Shown here: in pieces, positions 36,909 through 47,765 of the stretch
Position numbering within the stretch: the stretch's first letter is position 1
Layout: every line of letters begins with the position of its first letter
Position numbers and translations under genes: made by a program
DNA from: Gemmatimonadota bacterium
GTDB lineage: Bacteria; Gemmatimonadota; Gemmatimonadetes; Palauibacterales; KS3-K002
NCBI GenBank assembly: GCA_039586795.1
Contig: JBDHJS010000009.1
Coordinates: 37,349-101,348, forward strand
Direction: 5' to 3'
Length of the DNA: 64,000 bases
Notes under the pieces: generated by a model
Database searches by the model: none
Told to the model about the DNA's origin: nothing
What the model saw: the letters and a program-made list of their open reading frames with translations, nothing else

Positions 36909-38386
36909 TGAACGATTCCGTCGAATCTCGATCACCAGAAGAGCTGCCTGATTCTCAGAGCGACTCTGGCGCGGACCAGAAGGATGAGCTGACTCCACGG
37001 CAGATCGTCGCTGAGTTGGACAAGTACGTGGTAGCTCAGGATGATGCAAAGAAAGCTGTCGCGATCGCCTTGCGGAATCGCTGGCGTCGCCAGCAGGTCT
37101 CTGAGGAACTCAGGGACGAGATCATGCCCAACAACATCATCATGATCGGCCCCACCGGGGTCGGGAAGACCGAGATCGCGCGCAGGCTGGCACGCCTGGC
37201 AGGTGCGCCTTTCGTCAAAGTCGAAGCGTCAAAGTTCACTGAGGTTGGGTACGTAGGCCGCGACGTGGAATCCATCGTCAGGGATCTGGCCGATATCTCG
37301 ATCAACATGGTCCGCACCGAGCGCGAGGACGAAGTACAGGAGGTCGCTGAGGAGCGTGTCGAAGAGCGCCTGCTCGATTTGCTCCTGCCCACGGGGGAGA
37401 GCCCCAAGCCAACCCCTCTGGCCGGATTCGTCGTGTCGTCCGGCGGAGAAGCCGTTGATCAGCGCGACGAGCCTGACCAGGAGGACGATGAGGACGAGTT
37501 GAAAGAACGGCGCAAAAGAACGCGCGAGAAGCTCCGGACGCTGCTCAGAGACGGCAAGCTGGAAACCAAGGAAATAGAAATCGAGGTCACGCAGACGAAC
37601 TTCCCCGTCGTTGAGTTTCCTGGCATGGAGGGGATGGACTACAACGTCTCCGAAATGTTGCAGGACATGATGCCCAAGAAGAGCAAGCGGCGCAGCGTTA
37701 CCGTTTCAGAGGCACGACGAATCTTATTGGGCGACGAGTTGGACAAGCTTGTCGACATGGATGATGTGGTGAACGAAGCGCTGGACCGCGTCGAGCAAAT
37801 GGGCATCGTCTTCTTGGACGAGGTCGACAAGATAGCCGGCGAACGGGGGTCGGTCGGTGGTCCTGATGTATCTCGTGGCGGAGTTCAGCGTGACTTGCTG
37901 CCCATCGTCGAGGGATCGAACGTACAGACCAAGTACGGAATGGTCCGCACGGATCATATCCTCTTCATAGCCGCCGGCGCTTTCCACATGGCCAAGCCGT
38001 CTGACCTCATTCCAGAGCTCCAGGGCCGGTTCCCCATACGTGTTGAGCTGAAATCGCTTACCGAGCAAGATTTCGTCCGCATCCTGACCGAACCCAAGAA
38101 CGCTCTCCTCACGCAGTACAGTGCGCTCATTCAGACCGAGGGCGCGACGCTCAAGTTCACCGACCCGGGCGTCGAGGAGATCGCCAGAATCGCCGCTGAT
38201 GTGAATCAGCGTATGGAGAACATAGGCGCCAGACGCCTGCACACCGTCCTGACCACTCTCCTCGAAGACGTGATGTTCGACCTCCCCGACGAAGGCGACA
38301 CCAGCATCACCATCGATGATGAGTTGGTTCGTGAGCGACTGGCCAAGGTCCTGAAAGACGAAGATCTGCGCCGCTATATACTGTAG
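36908..38386 (+). CDS. hslU: ATP-dependent protease ATPase subunit
   Basis: TGATG overlap with hsl[41 protein letters not shown] end. Confidence 0.97.
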   Translation: MNDSVESRSPEELPDSQSDSGADQKDELTPRQIVAELDKYVVAQDDAKKAVAIALRNRWRRQQVSEELRDEIMPNNIIMIGPTGVGKTEIARRLARLAGAPFVKVEASKFTEVGYVGRDVESIVRDLADISINMVRTEREDEVQEVAEERVEERLLDLLLPTGESPKPTPLAGFVVSSGGEAVDQRDEPDQEDDEDELKERRKRTREKLRTLLRDGKLETKEIEIEVTQTNFPVVEFPGMEGMDYNVSEMLQDMMPKKSKRRSVTVSEARRILLGDELDKLVDMDDVVNEALDRVEQMGIVFLDEVDKIAGERGSVGGPDVSRGGVQRDLLPIVEGSNVQTKYGMVRTDHILFIAAGAFHMAKPSDLIPELQGRFPIRVELKSLTEQDFVRILTEPKNALLTQYSALIQTEGATLKFTDPGVEEIARIAADVNQRMENIGARRLHTVLTTLLEDVMFDLPDEGDTSITIDDELVRERLAKVLKDEDLRRYIL

Positions 38387-38387
38387 C

Positions 38388-38475
38388 GAACATTAAACAT
38401 TGGGCATGGACCATTGGACATTGTGAGTACGTCGGCATTCAATGTCCCGTGGTCCGTGCCCAATGTTTAATGTTC
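38388..38475. repeat. 88-nt inverted repeat made of 7-nt units
   Basis: GAACATTAAACATTGGGCA pairs perfectly with TGCCCAATGTTTAATGTTC; inner arms also pair. Confidence 0.9.
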
Positions 38476-38597
38476 ACTCCGCAAGATATCGTAGTCTCCC
38501 ACCCCAACGCGCCTCTTCTATCCCCAGGCCCTCCCTCCTGCTAAATTGGCAGTCAGCTCCCCAAAACCACGCGTCGATTGCGACTAAGAGGACCATC

Positions 38598-39716
38598 ATG
38601 GCAGAGAATCTCAAGAAGACGCCCCTTCACAAAGAACACCTCGCCTTGGGCGGCAAGATGATCCCGTTCGCCGGGTTCGAGATGCCCGTACAGTACCCGG
38701 CCGGCGTGATTACCGAACATCGGCAGGTGCGAGAGCAGGCTGGCCTGTTCGACGTTTCGCACATGGGCGAGTTCCTGGTGAAGGGCGAAGGGGCGGAGGG
38801 GTTCGTCAATTTCGTCGTGACAAACGATGTATCGACCCGCGTATCGGGCCAGGCCCAATACAATGCCATGTGCCTCGACTCGGGCGGCATCGTTGACGAT
38901 CTGCTGGTATACAAGTTCGCAGAGGATCATTTCAAGCTGGTCGTGAACGCCGCGAACTTGGACGGCGACTTCGAGTGGATTCAGGGCCTGCTGAAAGAGT
39001 ACGGCGCATCGGGAATCGAGCTTGTGGATGAGAGCGATCAAATCGGCCTGCTGGCGTTACAGGGGCCTGCGGCGGAGTCCATAATGGACCCCCTGACCGA
39101 TCTCGATGCCTCCGCGATGAAGTACTATCACTTTGCGGAGGGCCAGGTTGTCGGCGAGCCGTGCGTTGTCAGCCGAACCGGCTACACGGGCGAAGACGGG
39201 TTCGAGATCTACTGCGATACGGGTTCCGCGGTGAAGCTGTGGCGGGCGATCCTGGAGGAGGGTGGCGATCGCGTGTTGCCGATTGGATTGGGGGCACGTG
39301 ATTCGCTTCGTCTCGAGTCCGGCCTCGCTTTGTACGGAAACGACATCGACAGAGAGACCACACCACTCGAGGCGGGACTTGGCTGGATCGTGAAGCTCCA
39401 GAAGGGCCAGTTCAAAGGTCGCGATGCTCTGGCCAGCCAAAAGGAGGCCGGTCTGGAGCGCAAGCTCTGTGGCTTCGTGCTCAAAGAGCGTGGCTTCCCA
39501 AGGCCGGGCTGCGAGATTGTGATCGGCGGCCAGACAGCCGGCACGGTCCGGAGCGGCATGGTCGGCCCGACAGTGGAGCAGGGCATAGGAACGGGGTATT
39601 TCCCCCTCGAGCATTCAGCGCCGGAGACGCCGATCGAGATCATGATCCGCAATCGAGCCCTCCCGGCCGAGGTGGTGAAAATGCCGTTCTACAAGGATGG
39701 CTCAGTTAAGCGGTGA
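38598..39716 (+). CDS. gcvT: Glycine cleavage system aminomethyltransferase T
   Basis: LKKTPL, FDVSHMG, VVNAAN, LQGP, SRTGYTGEDGFE, GLGARDSLRLE. Confidence 0.97.
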   Translation: MAENLKKTPLHKEHLALGGKMIPFAGFEMPVQYPAGVITEHRQVREQAGLFDVSHMGEFLVKGEGAEGFVNFVVTNDVSTRVSGQAQYNAMCLDSGGIVDDLLVYKFAEDHFKLVVNAANLDGDFEWIQGLLKEYGASGIELVDESDQIGLLALQGPAAESIMDPLTDLDASAMKYYHFAEGQVVGEPCVVSRTGYTGEDGFEIYCDTGSAVKLWRAILEEGGDRVLPIGLGARDSLRLESGLALYGNDIDRETTPLEAGLGWIVKLQKGQFKGRDALASQKEAGLERKLCGFVLKERGFPRPGCEIVIGGQTAGTVRSGMVGPTVEQGIGTGYFPLEHSAPETPIEIMIRNRALPAEVVKMPFYKDGSVKR

Positions 39717-40195
39717 TCCGAATCGCGATTCTCACGGTCAGCGACGGAGTGGCGGCTGGTACGCGTGACGATGCGGCCGGCGCCGCAGCCGTCGGCTGGG
39801 TGTCCACCAACGGTTGGGCCCTCGCCGAGCATACCACGGTGGCTGACGAGCGATCGCTCATCACGGCGGCATTGGTCGCCTGGGTTGAGCGGGGCGATGT
39901 CAACCTGATCCTCACGTTGGGAGGGACGGGCTTCGGACCGCGCGATGTCACCCCGGAGGCAACCCTGCCCATTCTCGAGAGGCCGGCGCCGGGGATCGCC
40001 GAAGCTCTGCGGGCGGCCGGCAGAGAATCAACAGCTTGGGCGTCGTTGAGCCGCGGTGTAGCTGGCATCAGAGGTGCCACGCTGATCGTCAACCTGCCGG
40101 GCAGCGAGACTGCGGTCCGTGAAGGCCTTGCTGTGCTGCAGAGCATCGTACCGCACGCCGTCGAGTTACTCGATGGCCGCACCGAACATCTGTAA
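39713..40195 (+). CDS. MogA/MoaB molybdopterin adenylyltransferase family protein
   Basis: ILTVSD, GGTGFGPRDVTPEA, LSRG, NLPGS. Confidence 0.9.
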   Translation: MIRIAILTVSDGVAAGTRDDAAGAAAVGWVSTNGWALAEHTTVADERSLITAALVAWVERGDVNLILTLGGTGFGPRDVTPEATLPILERPAPGIAEALRAAGRESTAWASLSRGVAGIRGATLIVNLPGSETAVREGLAVLQSIVPHAVELLDGRTEHL

Positions 40196-40211
40196 AGCCC
40201 TACGATCTGCG

Positions 40212-41822
40212 ATGGCAATCATCCTGATAACCACAGCCGACCTTGAATCAGCAGGTCAACTGCAGAAGACCTTCGAGCCCGAGGATGATGTCAGGTTCGT
40301 AACAGCTGAGTACGATGCGCGTGAAATCCTCCGCTCGGGCGAGATCGAGGACTGCGCTCTGATTCTCACGGGTGATGTCCAGGCGCCCGTAAGCCGCGAG
40401 TTGATCAAAGCCGTTAGAGAAGGCGGCGGTCACATTCCGGTTGTGGCCATCCAGGACGAGGAAAGAGATCGAGTCAGCGGCGGATTGGAGGAGATCGGCC
40501 TGGACGAGCGGTTCACCAAACCCATCGACGCCGACGAGATCGCACTGGTCGTACGCGGCCTGATCCGTGTCAAGCGAATCCAGTCGGAGATCGGGATCGT
40601 CGGCAACTCGAATGCCATACGCGAGGTAGTCGAACGTATCGTTCAGATGGCACCGGTCGGAACGACTGTCCTGATAACCGGTGAGAGTGGAACCGGTAAG
40701 GAGCTTGTGGCGCGAGGGCTCCATAGGCTATCGCCGCGGCGAGGAAAGGCATTCATCGCAGTCAATATCGCAGCCATGCGCGAGACCTTGCTCGAGTCGG
40801 AGCTGTTCGGTCACGAAAAGGGTGCCTTCACGGGGGCTAGCTCGCTGCGCAAGGGGATGTTCGAGCTGGCCAACGACGGTACGATTTTCCTCGACGAGAT
40901 CGCTGAGATGCCTCCCAGCTCGCAGACGCGTCTGCTTCGGGTGCTCGAGCAGCGCGAGTTCATGCGTGTCGGCGGCCATGACCACATCAAAGTCGATGTC
41001 CGAGTGATCGCGGCGACGAACCGCGACCTGCGTCTAGCGGTCGAGGCCGGTGATTTCCGACGGGATCTCTACTTCCGGCTGAACGTGCTCCACATAGACA
41101 TGCCGTCACTTCGCGAACGACGCGGAGATGTCCCACTGCTGGTTCACAAGTTCATCCGAGAGTTCAGCGGCGAACACCAGAGAGAGTTCCGGGGAATCAC
41201 CGCGGAAGCGATGGAAATCCTCGTCGCCTACGACTGGCCGGGTAATGTCCGTGAGCTAAGAAACCTCGTGGAATCAATGGTCGTGCTCGCGCCGGGAACG
41301 GTGATCGCCCCCAATGATATCCCACCCGAGGTTCGACGCGGCGCGTCACGCTCGGTGCCGGCCCAGTTGCTCATCCGACCACCGGTAATTCAAACGGAGG
41401 GCGGCGAAGCCGGCGACGGAACGCCGGCTCGTCTGCCGGAGATGGAGCTGTTCTTCCGCACGTTGGTCGAGCTGAAATTCGACGTGGAGGATCTCCGGAG
41501 GGAGTTCGAGGCCTACCGGCGTCGGCACCCCGAGCTCACCGGCGCGCGCGAGGCCGGTGTGCTCGAGATACCGCTCTCCGAAGCAGTGCGTGATGGGGAA
41601 AGCCCCGCCGGCGTCGAGGTTGATCGAACGTCAACGACGTCGGAGCTGGATGATGAGGCAATCGTGTTCCGACCCGGCATGTCGATGGAAGAGCTGGAGA
41701 GGGCGGCGATAGAGGCCACATTGAAGAGCGTCGGCGGAAACAGAAGAAAAGCGTCGGAGAAGCTGGGAATCGGCGAGCGGACGCTCTATCGAAAACTCAA
41801 GGAATACGGTCTGGATGTATGA
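40212..41822 (+). CDS. Sigma54-dependent activator with a degenerate receiver-like N-domain
   Basis: GESGTGKE, GAFTGA, WPGNVREL, GIGERTLYRKL; N-domain ends in FTKP. Confidence 0.88.
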   Translation: MAIILITTADLESAGQLQKTFEPEDDVRFVTAEYDAREILRSGEIEDCALILTGDVQAPVSRELIKAVREGGGHIPVVAIQDEERDRVSGGLEEIGLDERFTKPIDADEIALVVRGLIRVKRIQSEIGIVGNSNAIREVVERIVQMAPVGTTVLITGESGTGKELVARGLHRLSPRRGKAFIAVNIAAMRETLLESELFGHEKGAFTGASSLRKGMFELANDGTIFLDEIAEMPPSSQTRLLRVLEQREFMRVGGHDHIKVDVRVIAATNRDLRLAVEAGDFRRDLYFRLNVLHIDMPSLRERRGDVPLLVHKFIREFSGEHQREFRGITAEAMEILVAYDWPGNVRELRNLVESMVVLAPGTVIAPNDIPPEVRRGASRSVPAQLLIRPPVIQTEGGEAGDGTPARLPEMELFFRTLVELKFDVEDLRREFEAYRRRHPELTGAREAGVLEIPLSEAVRDGESPAGVEVDRTSTTSELDDEAIVFRPGMSMEELERAAIEATLKSVGGNRRKASEKLGIGERTLYRKLKEYGLDV

Positions 41823-41823
41823 A

Positions 41824-41850
41824 AGGCGGTGGCCCATATGACCACCGCCT
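41824..41850. terminator. Hairpin between convergent genes
   Basis: AGGCGGTGG..CCACCGCCT. Confidence 0.6.
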
Positions 41851-41878
41851 CGTACTCGCCCTCGTCTTCTATTCTTAG

Positions 41879-42526
41879 CTAGCCGCGTGCTCTGCTGATC
41901 ACCCGGCCCCTTTCGGCTTCCAGCCTCGGGATCACCGAAGCCCAATCAAACGACGTGACGCCGCCGTACTCCAGTTGGATCACCACGTTCAGATCGATGG
42001 CAGAGTCGAACAGGTAGAGAGCCGTCTGTATCTCCTGCTGTTTCAACTGCTCGCGCCCCCACTCAGGAGTGATCGGGATGATCCCCACCGGTCGAAAGAG
42101 GATTCCACGATTGAGTATAACCAGATTTGTGGGCTCGTAGGCCGCCTGGACCTCGTACGTAAAGAACGAGACCTGGAAGACAAGCGGGTCCTGGCGTAGT
42201 CCGTTGCGCGTGGCCAGGTCCCGGATCTGTTGGGACCGCGTCTCCACCGTGCGGTGCAATCGCTGGTAGGTGTCCGGAGCAGCCAGCCGGATCACCGCCT
42301 CCGCCAGCGGCGTGGCCTTAAGCTGAACCCGACCGGATTGCAGGGCGACGGTGAAGTCATCCTGGCGCAGCGTGCCGTAGCCAGGTGGCGGCAGAGATTC
42401 CGTTTGAGTACTTCCGACCGGCTGGACGTTGGCGGTACTGTCGCTAGTCTGCGGGGCCGACCCACAGCCGACGATTATCAGCGCGACGACCAACGCGGTC
42501 GCGACTCGTGCAGTGTGTCCGATCAT
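41879..42526 (-). CDS. Hypothetical lipoprotein
   Basis: Lipobox IIVGC; starts 6 nt after the clpX stop. Confidence 0.7.
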   Translation of the reverse strand: MIGHTARVATALVVALIIVGCGSAPQTSDSTANVQPVGSTQTESLPPPGYGTLRQDDFTVALQSGRVQLKATPLAEAVIRLAAPDTYQRLHRTVETRSQQIRDLATRNGLRQDPLVFQVSFFTYEVQAAYEPTNLVILNRGILFRPVGIIPITPEWGREQLKQQEIQTALYLFDSAIDLNVVIQLEYGGVTSFDWASVIPRLEAERGRVISRARG

Positions 42527-42532
42527 TGGGCC

Positions 42533-43801
42533 TCATGCCTCTTTGCGTTTGGCCTCAGGCTCAATGATGAGCATGGGCGGGGTCTTCTTCTCGACGCATT
42601 CCTCGGTGATGACAACTTCGCACACGTCTTCCCGGGAAGGAAGCTCGAACATGATGTCGAGCATCAACTCCTCGATGATCGCACGCAAGCCGCGGGCGCC
42701 GGTTCCACGATCGATCGCCTTCCGCGCGATGGCCCGCATCGCATCCGGCTCGAATCGCAGCGCGATATCCTCAAGCTCGATCATCTTCTGATATTGCTTT
42801 GCCAGGGCGTTCTTGGGTCTCTGTAGAATCTCAACCAGAGCGTCCTCATCTAGGTCATCCAGCGGAACGACGACAGGGAGTCGGCCAACCAATTCGGGGA
42901 TAAGCCCGTAGCGAATCAGGTCCTCGGGCTCGACGTAGTGGAACGCCTTATACGACTCGTCGTCCTCTACGGTAACCCCTGCACGCGCCAGGTTTTCTTT
43001 GCTACGCCCGAAGCCTATCTGCCGCGCGCCTATGCGCGATTCGATGATTTTCTCGAGCCCCGCGAACGCGCCACCACAGACGAATAGAATGTTGCTCGTG
43101 TCGATCTGGATGTATTCCTGCTGCGGGTGCTTTCGTCCTCCCTGTGGTGGAACGTTAGCCACCGTGCCTTCCAGGATCTTGAGTAGCGCCTGCTGCACGC
43201 CCTCGCCCGAGACATCACGGGTGATCGAGGGATTCTCTGATTTGCGGGCGATCTTGTCGATCTCGTCGATGTAGACAATTCCGCGCTCGGAATCCGCGAT
43301 GTTGTAGTCGCCCGCCTGAAGGAGTTGAACCAGAATGTTCTCGACGTCCTCACCGACGTAGCCGGCCTCGGTCAGCGTCGTTGCGTCGGCGATGGTGAAC
43401 GGGACATCGAGCAATCGCGCCAGAGTTCTGGCAAGCAGAGTCTTCCCAACGCCCGTTGGGCCTACCAACAAGATGTTCGATTTCTCGATCTCGACGTCTT
43501 CGACCAGGCCCTGGTTGTTGATCCGTTTGTAGTGATTGTAGACCGCGACGGACAGCGACTTCTTGGCCGGGTCCTGACCGATAACGTACTGGTCGAGCGT
43601 GTCTTTGATCTCGACAGGCTTCGGGATATGCGTCAGCGTATCTGCCGCCGATCGCTCCTCTTCCTCGGCGAGGATCTCGTTGCAGAGTGAGATGCACTCA
43701 TTGCAGATGTAGACGTTGGGCCCGGAAATGAACTTCTTGACCGAGTCCTTGGACTTACCGCAAAAGGAACAACGTAAATGCTTGTCGCCGGGCGTAGTCA
43801 T
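42533..43801 (-). CDS. clpX: ClpX ATPase
   Basis: CSFCGK zinc finger, [22 protein letters not shown] loop. Confidence 0.98.
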   Translation of the reverse strand: MTTPGDKHLRCSFCGKSKDSVKKFISGPNVYICNECISLCNEILAEEEERSAADTLTHIPKPVEIKDTLDQYVIGQDPAKKSLSVAVYNHYKRINNQGLVEDVEIEKSNILLVGPTGVGKTLLARTLARLLDVPFTIADATTLTEAGYVGEDVENILVQLLQAGDYNIADSERGIVYIDEIDKIARKSENPSITRDVSGEGVQQALLKILEGTVANVPPQGGRKHPQQEYIQIDTSNILFVCGGAFAGLEKIIESRIGARQIGFGRSKENLARAGVTVEDDESYKAFHYVEPEDLIRYGLIPELVGRLPVVVPLDDLDEDALVEILQRPKNALAKQYQKMIELEDIALRFEPDAMRAIARKAIDRGTGARGLRAIIEELMLDIMFELPSREDVCEVVITEECVEKKTPPMLIIEPEAKRKEA

Positions 43802-43818
43802 GAGAGCCTCCCTACGTG

Positions 43819-44436
43819 CTACTTACCCTTCCCATCTTCGTCAACGACGTCGCTCTTCTTCGTGATGATCTGATCGATCAGGCCGTATTCCACTGCCTCC
43901 GAAGGCGACATGAACCGGTCGCGGTCGGCATCTTCCGTCACCTGCTCGATCGACTGCTTGGTGTGATTCGCCAGGATCTCGTTGATCCGCTCTCTAGCGT
44001 AGAGTATTTCCTTGGCCTGGATTTCGATGTCTGATGCCGTCCCCTGCGATCCGCCCGACGGCTGGTGGATCATGATGCGAGAGTTGGGAAGCGCCAACCG
44101 CTTGCCCTCCGTCCCCGCGGCCAACAGCAGGGCGCCCATCGAAGCCGCCATCCCCATACAGATCGTCGAGACAGGGGCTGTCATGTACTGGATGGTGTCA
44201 TAGATGGCCAGGCCGGCGTAGACACCACCGCCCGGACAGTTGATGTAGAGGTAGACATCCTTGTCCGCGTTCTCGGCCTGCAAAAATAGGAGCTGAGCGA
44301 TAAGGACATTGGCTACTTCATCGTTGATGGGCGAACCGAGAAACACGATTCGATCCATCAGCAGGCGCGAGAAGATGTCGTACACCTTCTCCCCACGACT
44401 GGAACGTTCAATCACATAAGGTGCGTATGGCGACAT
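43819..44436 (-). CDS. clpP: ClpP peptidase
   Basis: [24 protein letters not shown]. Confidence 0.98.
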   Translation of the reverse strand: MSPYAPYVIERSSRGEKVYDIFSRLLMDRIVFLGSPINDEVANVLIAQLLFLQAENADKDVYLYINCPGGGVYAGLAIYDTIQYMTAPVSTICMGMAASMGALLLAAGTEGKRLALPNSRIMIHQPSGGSQGTASDIEIQAKEILYARERINEILANHTKQSIEQVTEDADRDRFMSPSEAVEYGLIDQIITKKSDVVDEDGKGK

Positions 44437-44494
44437 GGCTGTGTCTGCTTCTCCTGATGGCTGGGCTTGTACGCTCCGGGCACCGCGGCCCGGC

Positions 44495-45757
44495 TCACTT
44501 GATCTCAGACTGCTCGCGCAAATGCGCGAAAACTCTGCTGTCGACGATGGCTTGCTCTATCTCGCGGAGCTCGCCCGACTTCGCCAGCCGGCCCCGTAGC
44601 TCGCCGACTGATCGACCCGTTTGCTCGGCCAGAACGGCCAATCGCTCGTCCACTTCTTCCTTGCTGGCTGCGAATTCCTCGTCCTCGGCAATCCGCTGGA
44701 GAATGAGCGTGCGTTTGATACCCCAGATGGCCGCCGGACGTGCCTCTTCTCGGGCGCTGGCCACCATGTCGGGATCTGCACCTTCCGGCGGTGTCCCGAT
44801 CAGTGCGGCGGCGTAACGGTCGACCATCGAATCCGGCACCTCGAACGGGTTCGCCTCGATGATATGCTCGATGATCTTGCGGTCGATCTCCAGGTCAGCC
44901 TCGTGCTCTTTGTGCTTGAGCAAGTCCTCGCTGACCGCGTCGCGCAGCGCCTCCAGGTTATCGAAGCTTCCCAGCGACTTTGCCAGCTCATCGTCCATCT
45001 CGGGCAATTCCTGCTCCAGTACTTGATTGAGCTGGATTCGCAGGCGCCGCTTCTGTCCGCGCATGGATTCGTCGTCGAAGTCGTCGGGGAACGTGACTGT
45101 GAAATCTTCGGTGGCGCCGGGTTGCAGAGTCATGATCGCCGACTCCACCTCGGCAATGGCGCGGCCCTGACCGAGCGGAAACTGGTGAGGTTGGGGTTCC
45201 CCGGGCTCGCCGGTCTCCTCATCCAACGGCGTGATCGACACCTCGACGACGTCGCTCGCCACCGGAGGCCTGTCCGCCGGCTTCCAAAGCGCCTGCTGAC
45301 GACGGATCATCTCAAGCTGTTCTTCGACCTCAGCCTCCAGGACCTTCACTTCGGACCGGTCGATTCGAAAGCCACCCAGGCGCGCGAGCTTGATCTCGGG
45401 TCGGATGTCAAATGCCACTTCGAACGTGAATTCCGAGTCCGGCGAGTATACCACGTTTGCCACCCGTGGCTCGCTGATCGGCTCCAGATCCTTCTCTTCA
45501 ATCGCTTCTCGGAAGGCGGCGTCGACGATCTTCTGTTGCGTCTGCCGATCGATCTCCGGGCCCCACCTGGCCTCGACACGCTCTGGCGGGACCTTGCCCT
45601 TCCGGAAGCCAGGGATGCGCGCCTTCTTGGCCAGCTGCTTCACCACCTTGGCGCGCTCGGCCTTCACCCGTCCGGCAGGGACGGTGATCACGAGTTTGCG
45701 GCCCCAGGCCGCCGGCTCTTCGACGGAGATCTGGAGATTGGTTGTGGTCTGGGACAC
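44495..45757 (-). CDS. tig: Trigger factor
   Basis: [10 protein letters not shown] ribosome-binding motif; VTFPDDF; upstream of clpP. Confidence 0.95.
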   Translation of the reverse strand: MSQTTTNLQISVEEPAAWGRKLVITVPAGRVKAERAKVVKQLAKKARIPGFRKGKVPPERVEARWGPEIDRQTQQKIVDAAFREAIEEKDLEPISEPRVANVVYSPDSEFTFEVAFDIRPEIKLARLGGFRIDRSEVKVLEAEVEEQLEMIRRQQALWKPADRPPVASDVVEVSITPLDEETGEPGEPQPHQFPLGQGRAIAEVESAIMTLQPGATEDFTVTFPDDFDDESMRGQKRRLRIQLNQVLEQELPEMDDELAKSLGSFDNLEALRDAVSEDLLKHKEHEADLEIDRKIIEHIIEANPFEVPDSMVDRYAAALIGTPPEGADPDMVASAREEARPAAIWGIKRTLILQRIAEDEEFAASKEEVDERLAVLAEQTGRSVGELRGRLAKSGELREIEQAIVDSRVFAHLREQSEIK

Positions 45758-45792
45758 TAAGTTCTGGTCCTGTGTGTGTCGTGTGGAATGAG

Positions 45793-45876
45793 TGCGAAAG
45801 GGGGGACTCGAACCCCCACGGCCGGGTGGCCACCAGCTCCTAAGGCTGGCGCGTCTACCGATTCCGCCACTTTCGC
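45793..45876 (-). tRNA. tRNA-Leu(UAG), CCA not encoded
   Basis: GCGAAAG/CTTTCGC acceptor stem, GGCGGAATCGGTAGAC D-arm, CCAGC-CTTAGGA-GCTGG anticodon arm, long variable arm, GTTCGAGTC T-loop. Confidence 0.95.
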
Positions 45877-45898
45877 AGGAGCCGTCAGCCCGTCCTCT

Positions 45899-45926
45899 AC
45901 TTTACCTGAATGGCAGAAAAATTCAA
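45899..45926 (-). promoter_or_regulatory. Putative sigma70 promoter for tRNA-Leu/tig/clpPX
   Basis: Minus strand TTGAAT-N16-TAAAGT. Confidence 0.55.
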
Positions 45927-45943
45927 GGAATGAGCGGGAATGA

Positions 45944-45984
45944 GCGGAGGGTGACCGGGCTGGACTGGCCCGGTCACCCTCCGC
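45944..45984 (-). terminator. Strong hairpin after htrA
   Basis: 17-bp stem GCGGAGGGTGACCGGGC/GCCCGGTCACCCTCCGC. Confidence 0.7.
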
Positions 45985-45993
45985 CGGATCTCA

Positions 45994-47589
45994 CTATTCG
46001 GGGACTTCGATGTTGATGATCCTGTTAGTCAGGCCACCGTCTTGCGTCAGCACAAATCCGTCGAGCGAGACGACGCCGCCGGGCCCGACGTCGCCGAGAG
46101 CCTCATCGAATTCGGCGACGCTTGTCACCCGGCTTCCGTTCACCCGGTGAACCAGAAAGCCTCGGCCAAGGCCGGCGTTGAACGCCGGGCCGTACGGAGC
46201 GACTCGGGTCACCAGGACGCCTTCCAGATCGGCATCAGCGGGGAAGCCCGCATCCACGAGTACCCGGCGATCGGCTTCATCGACCTGGATGCCCAGCATG
46301 GTATTGGACGGCCGCTCGCCGGACTCCGTGGTCCGTATCTCGGGCTGCTCGATCTCCGCTTCCGCCAGGCGGACGGTGAACTCCATCCGCTCACCATAGC
46401 GGATGACCGTGACGTTGACCTTGTCTCCCGGCTCGAAGGCGGCCACGGTCCGCTGAAGCAGGCCGACTCGCTCAACCGGTGTGCCTTCGACGGCGACGAT
46501 CACATCGCCACGTCGCATTCCGGCCTTCTCGGCGGGGCTGTCATCGGTGAAGCCCTGAATGACGGCGCCCCTGCGATCCGGTAGACCGTAGACCCTGGCG
46601 TCTGCCGCGGTGACTTCTTCGATGAACACTCGCAGTGCGGCGCGACGAACGCGGCCGTACTCGAGCAAGTCCTCCATCACGTTTCTGGCCAGGCTGATCG
46701 GAATGGCGAACCCGTAGCCCTGGTAGAAACCGGTCGCGCTGGCGATCGCCGTGTTGATCCCGATTACATCGCCACGATAGCTGACCAGCGGGCCGCCCGA
46801 GTTGCCCGGGTTGATCACGGCATCGGTCTGGATGAGGTCTTCGATCGCGTAGGAGCTGCCGCCGGCTGCCTGGCGGATGATCCGCAGATCACGGCCCTTG
46901 GCGCTGACGATCCCTGCCGTAACAGTGAACGGCAACGCCGATGACCCCGAAAAGCCGGGGTTACCGATGGCCATCACCCACTCGCCGACCGCGACGGCTT
47001 CCGAGTCGCCGAGTCTTACCGCGGGCAGCCCCTCGCCATCGATCTTGAGCACCGCGACGTCTGTTGTCGGGTCGCGGCCGACCAGTTCACCCTCGAACCG
47101 TCGACCATCCGGTAGCTCGACCATGATCTGCTCGGCGTTGGCGACCACGTGGTTGTTGGTGAGGATGTACCCGTCCGGCGTGACGACAAAGCCGGAGCCC
47201 GAGCCCAGAGGCACGTCGTAGTCCACGTCGGGCTGCTGACGAAACGGCCCGAACAACTCCTCGAACTGACCTGGCACGTTGCGCGAGCCCGATATGGATA
47301 TCGACACCACGGCGGGCGTAATCGTCTCGGCGATCGAAACGAAGGCCTGGCTGACCTCCGCCAGGGTGTGAGACGCAGCGGCAACGCTGGGTTTCTCCTG
47401 ATCCCCTGCGACGGGGTCAGTGGCGACCGGGGCAGAGACCTCGGTCGCGGCGACGTTGAACATCGGCTGGGCGGTGGCCACGTCGCTACCGGTCACCCAG
47501 CTGAATCCTGAGGCCAGGCCGAGGGCCAGCGCCAACGCCCCGGTAGTGTAGAGGACGACCTTTAGCTTACTGCGGATCGGGTCGCTCAT
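45994..47589 (-). CDS. HtrA/DegP-family serine protease with two PDZ domains
   Basis: GSGF, TNNHVV, DVAVLKI, IQTDAVINPGNSGGP; likely start MSDPIRSK. Confidence 0.93.
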   Translation of the reverse strand: MSDPIRSKLKVVLYTTGALALALGLASGFSWVTGSDVATAQPMFNVAATEVSAPVATDPVAGDQEKPSVAAASHTLAEVSQAFVSIAETITPAVVSISISGSRNVPGQFEELFGPFRQQPDVDYDVPLGSGSGFVVTPDGYILTNNHVVANAEQIMVELPDGRRFEGELVGRDPTTDVAVLKIDGEGLPAVRLGDSEAVAVGEWVMAIGNPGFSGSSALPFTVTAGIVSAKGRDLRIIRQAAGGSSYAIEDLIQTDAVINPGNSGGPLVSYRGDVIGINTAIASATGFYQGYGFAIPISLARNVMEDLLEYGRVRRAALRVFIEEVTAADARVYGLPDRRGAVIQGFTDDSPAEKAGMRRGDVIVAVEGTPVERVGLLQRTVAAFEPGDKVNVTVIRYGERMEFTVRLAEAEIEQPEIRTTESGERPSNTMLGIQVDEADRRVLVDAGFPADADLEGVLVTRVAPYGPAFNAGLGRGFLVHRVNGSRVTSVAEFDEALGDVGPGGVVSLDGFVLTQDGGLTNRIINIEVPE

Positions 47590-47694
47590 CGCAAGAATCC
47601 TCCTGTGCTTCGAATCTGGTCCCGGTTCATATGTGTCAATACGATCTGCTACACGCGCAGTTTCGGCGCGGTTCCGTTTTTCCTTCCATGAACG

Positions 47695-47722
47695 GGGCGG
47701 GGCCCCGTGAGGAACCCCGCCC
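47695..47722 (-). terminator. Hairpin after dnaK
   Basis: GGGCGGGGTTCC-TCAC-GGGGCCCCGCCC on the minus strand. Confidence 0.6.
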
Positions 47723-47765
47723 AACAATATAATAGATGCCTAAGTGAGCTCAGATGTCCCTAGCC

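Noticed and set aside
38476..38597. Glycine riboswitch upstream of gcvT
   Set aside because: No GGAGA/CCGAAG/CTCTCAGG aptamer motifs are visible
45785..45947. GGAATGAG repeats flanking tRNA-Leu as an integration scar
   Set aside because: Only 8-10 nt, not a duplicated tRNA 3' end, and no integrase or foreign DNA nearby
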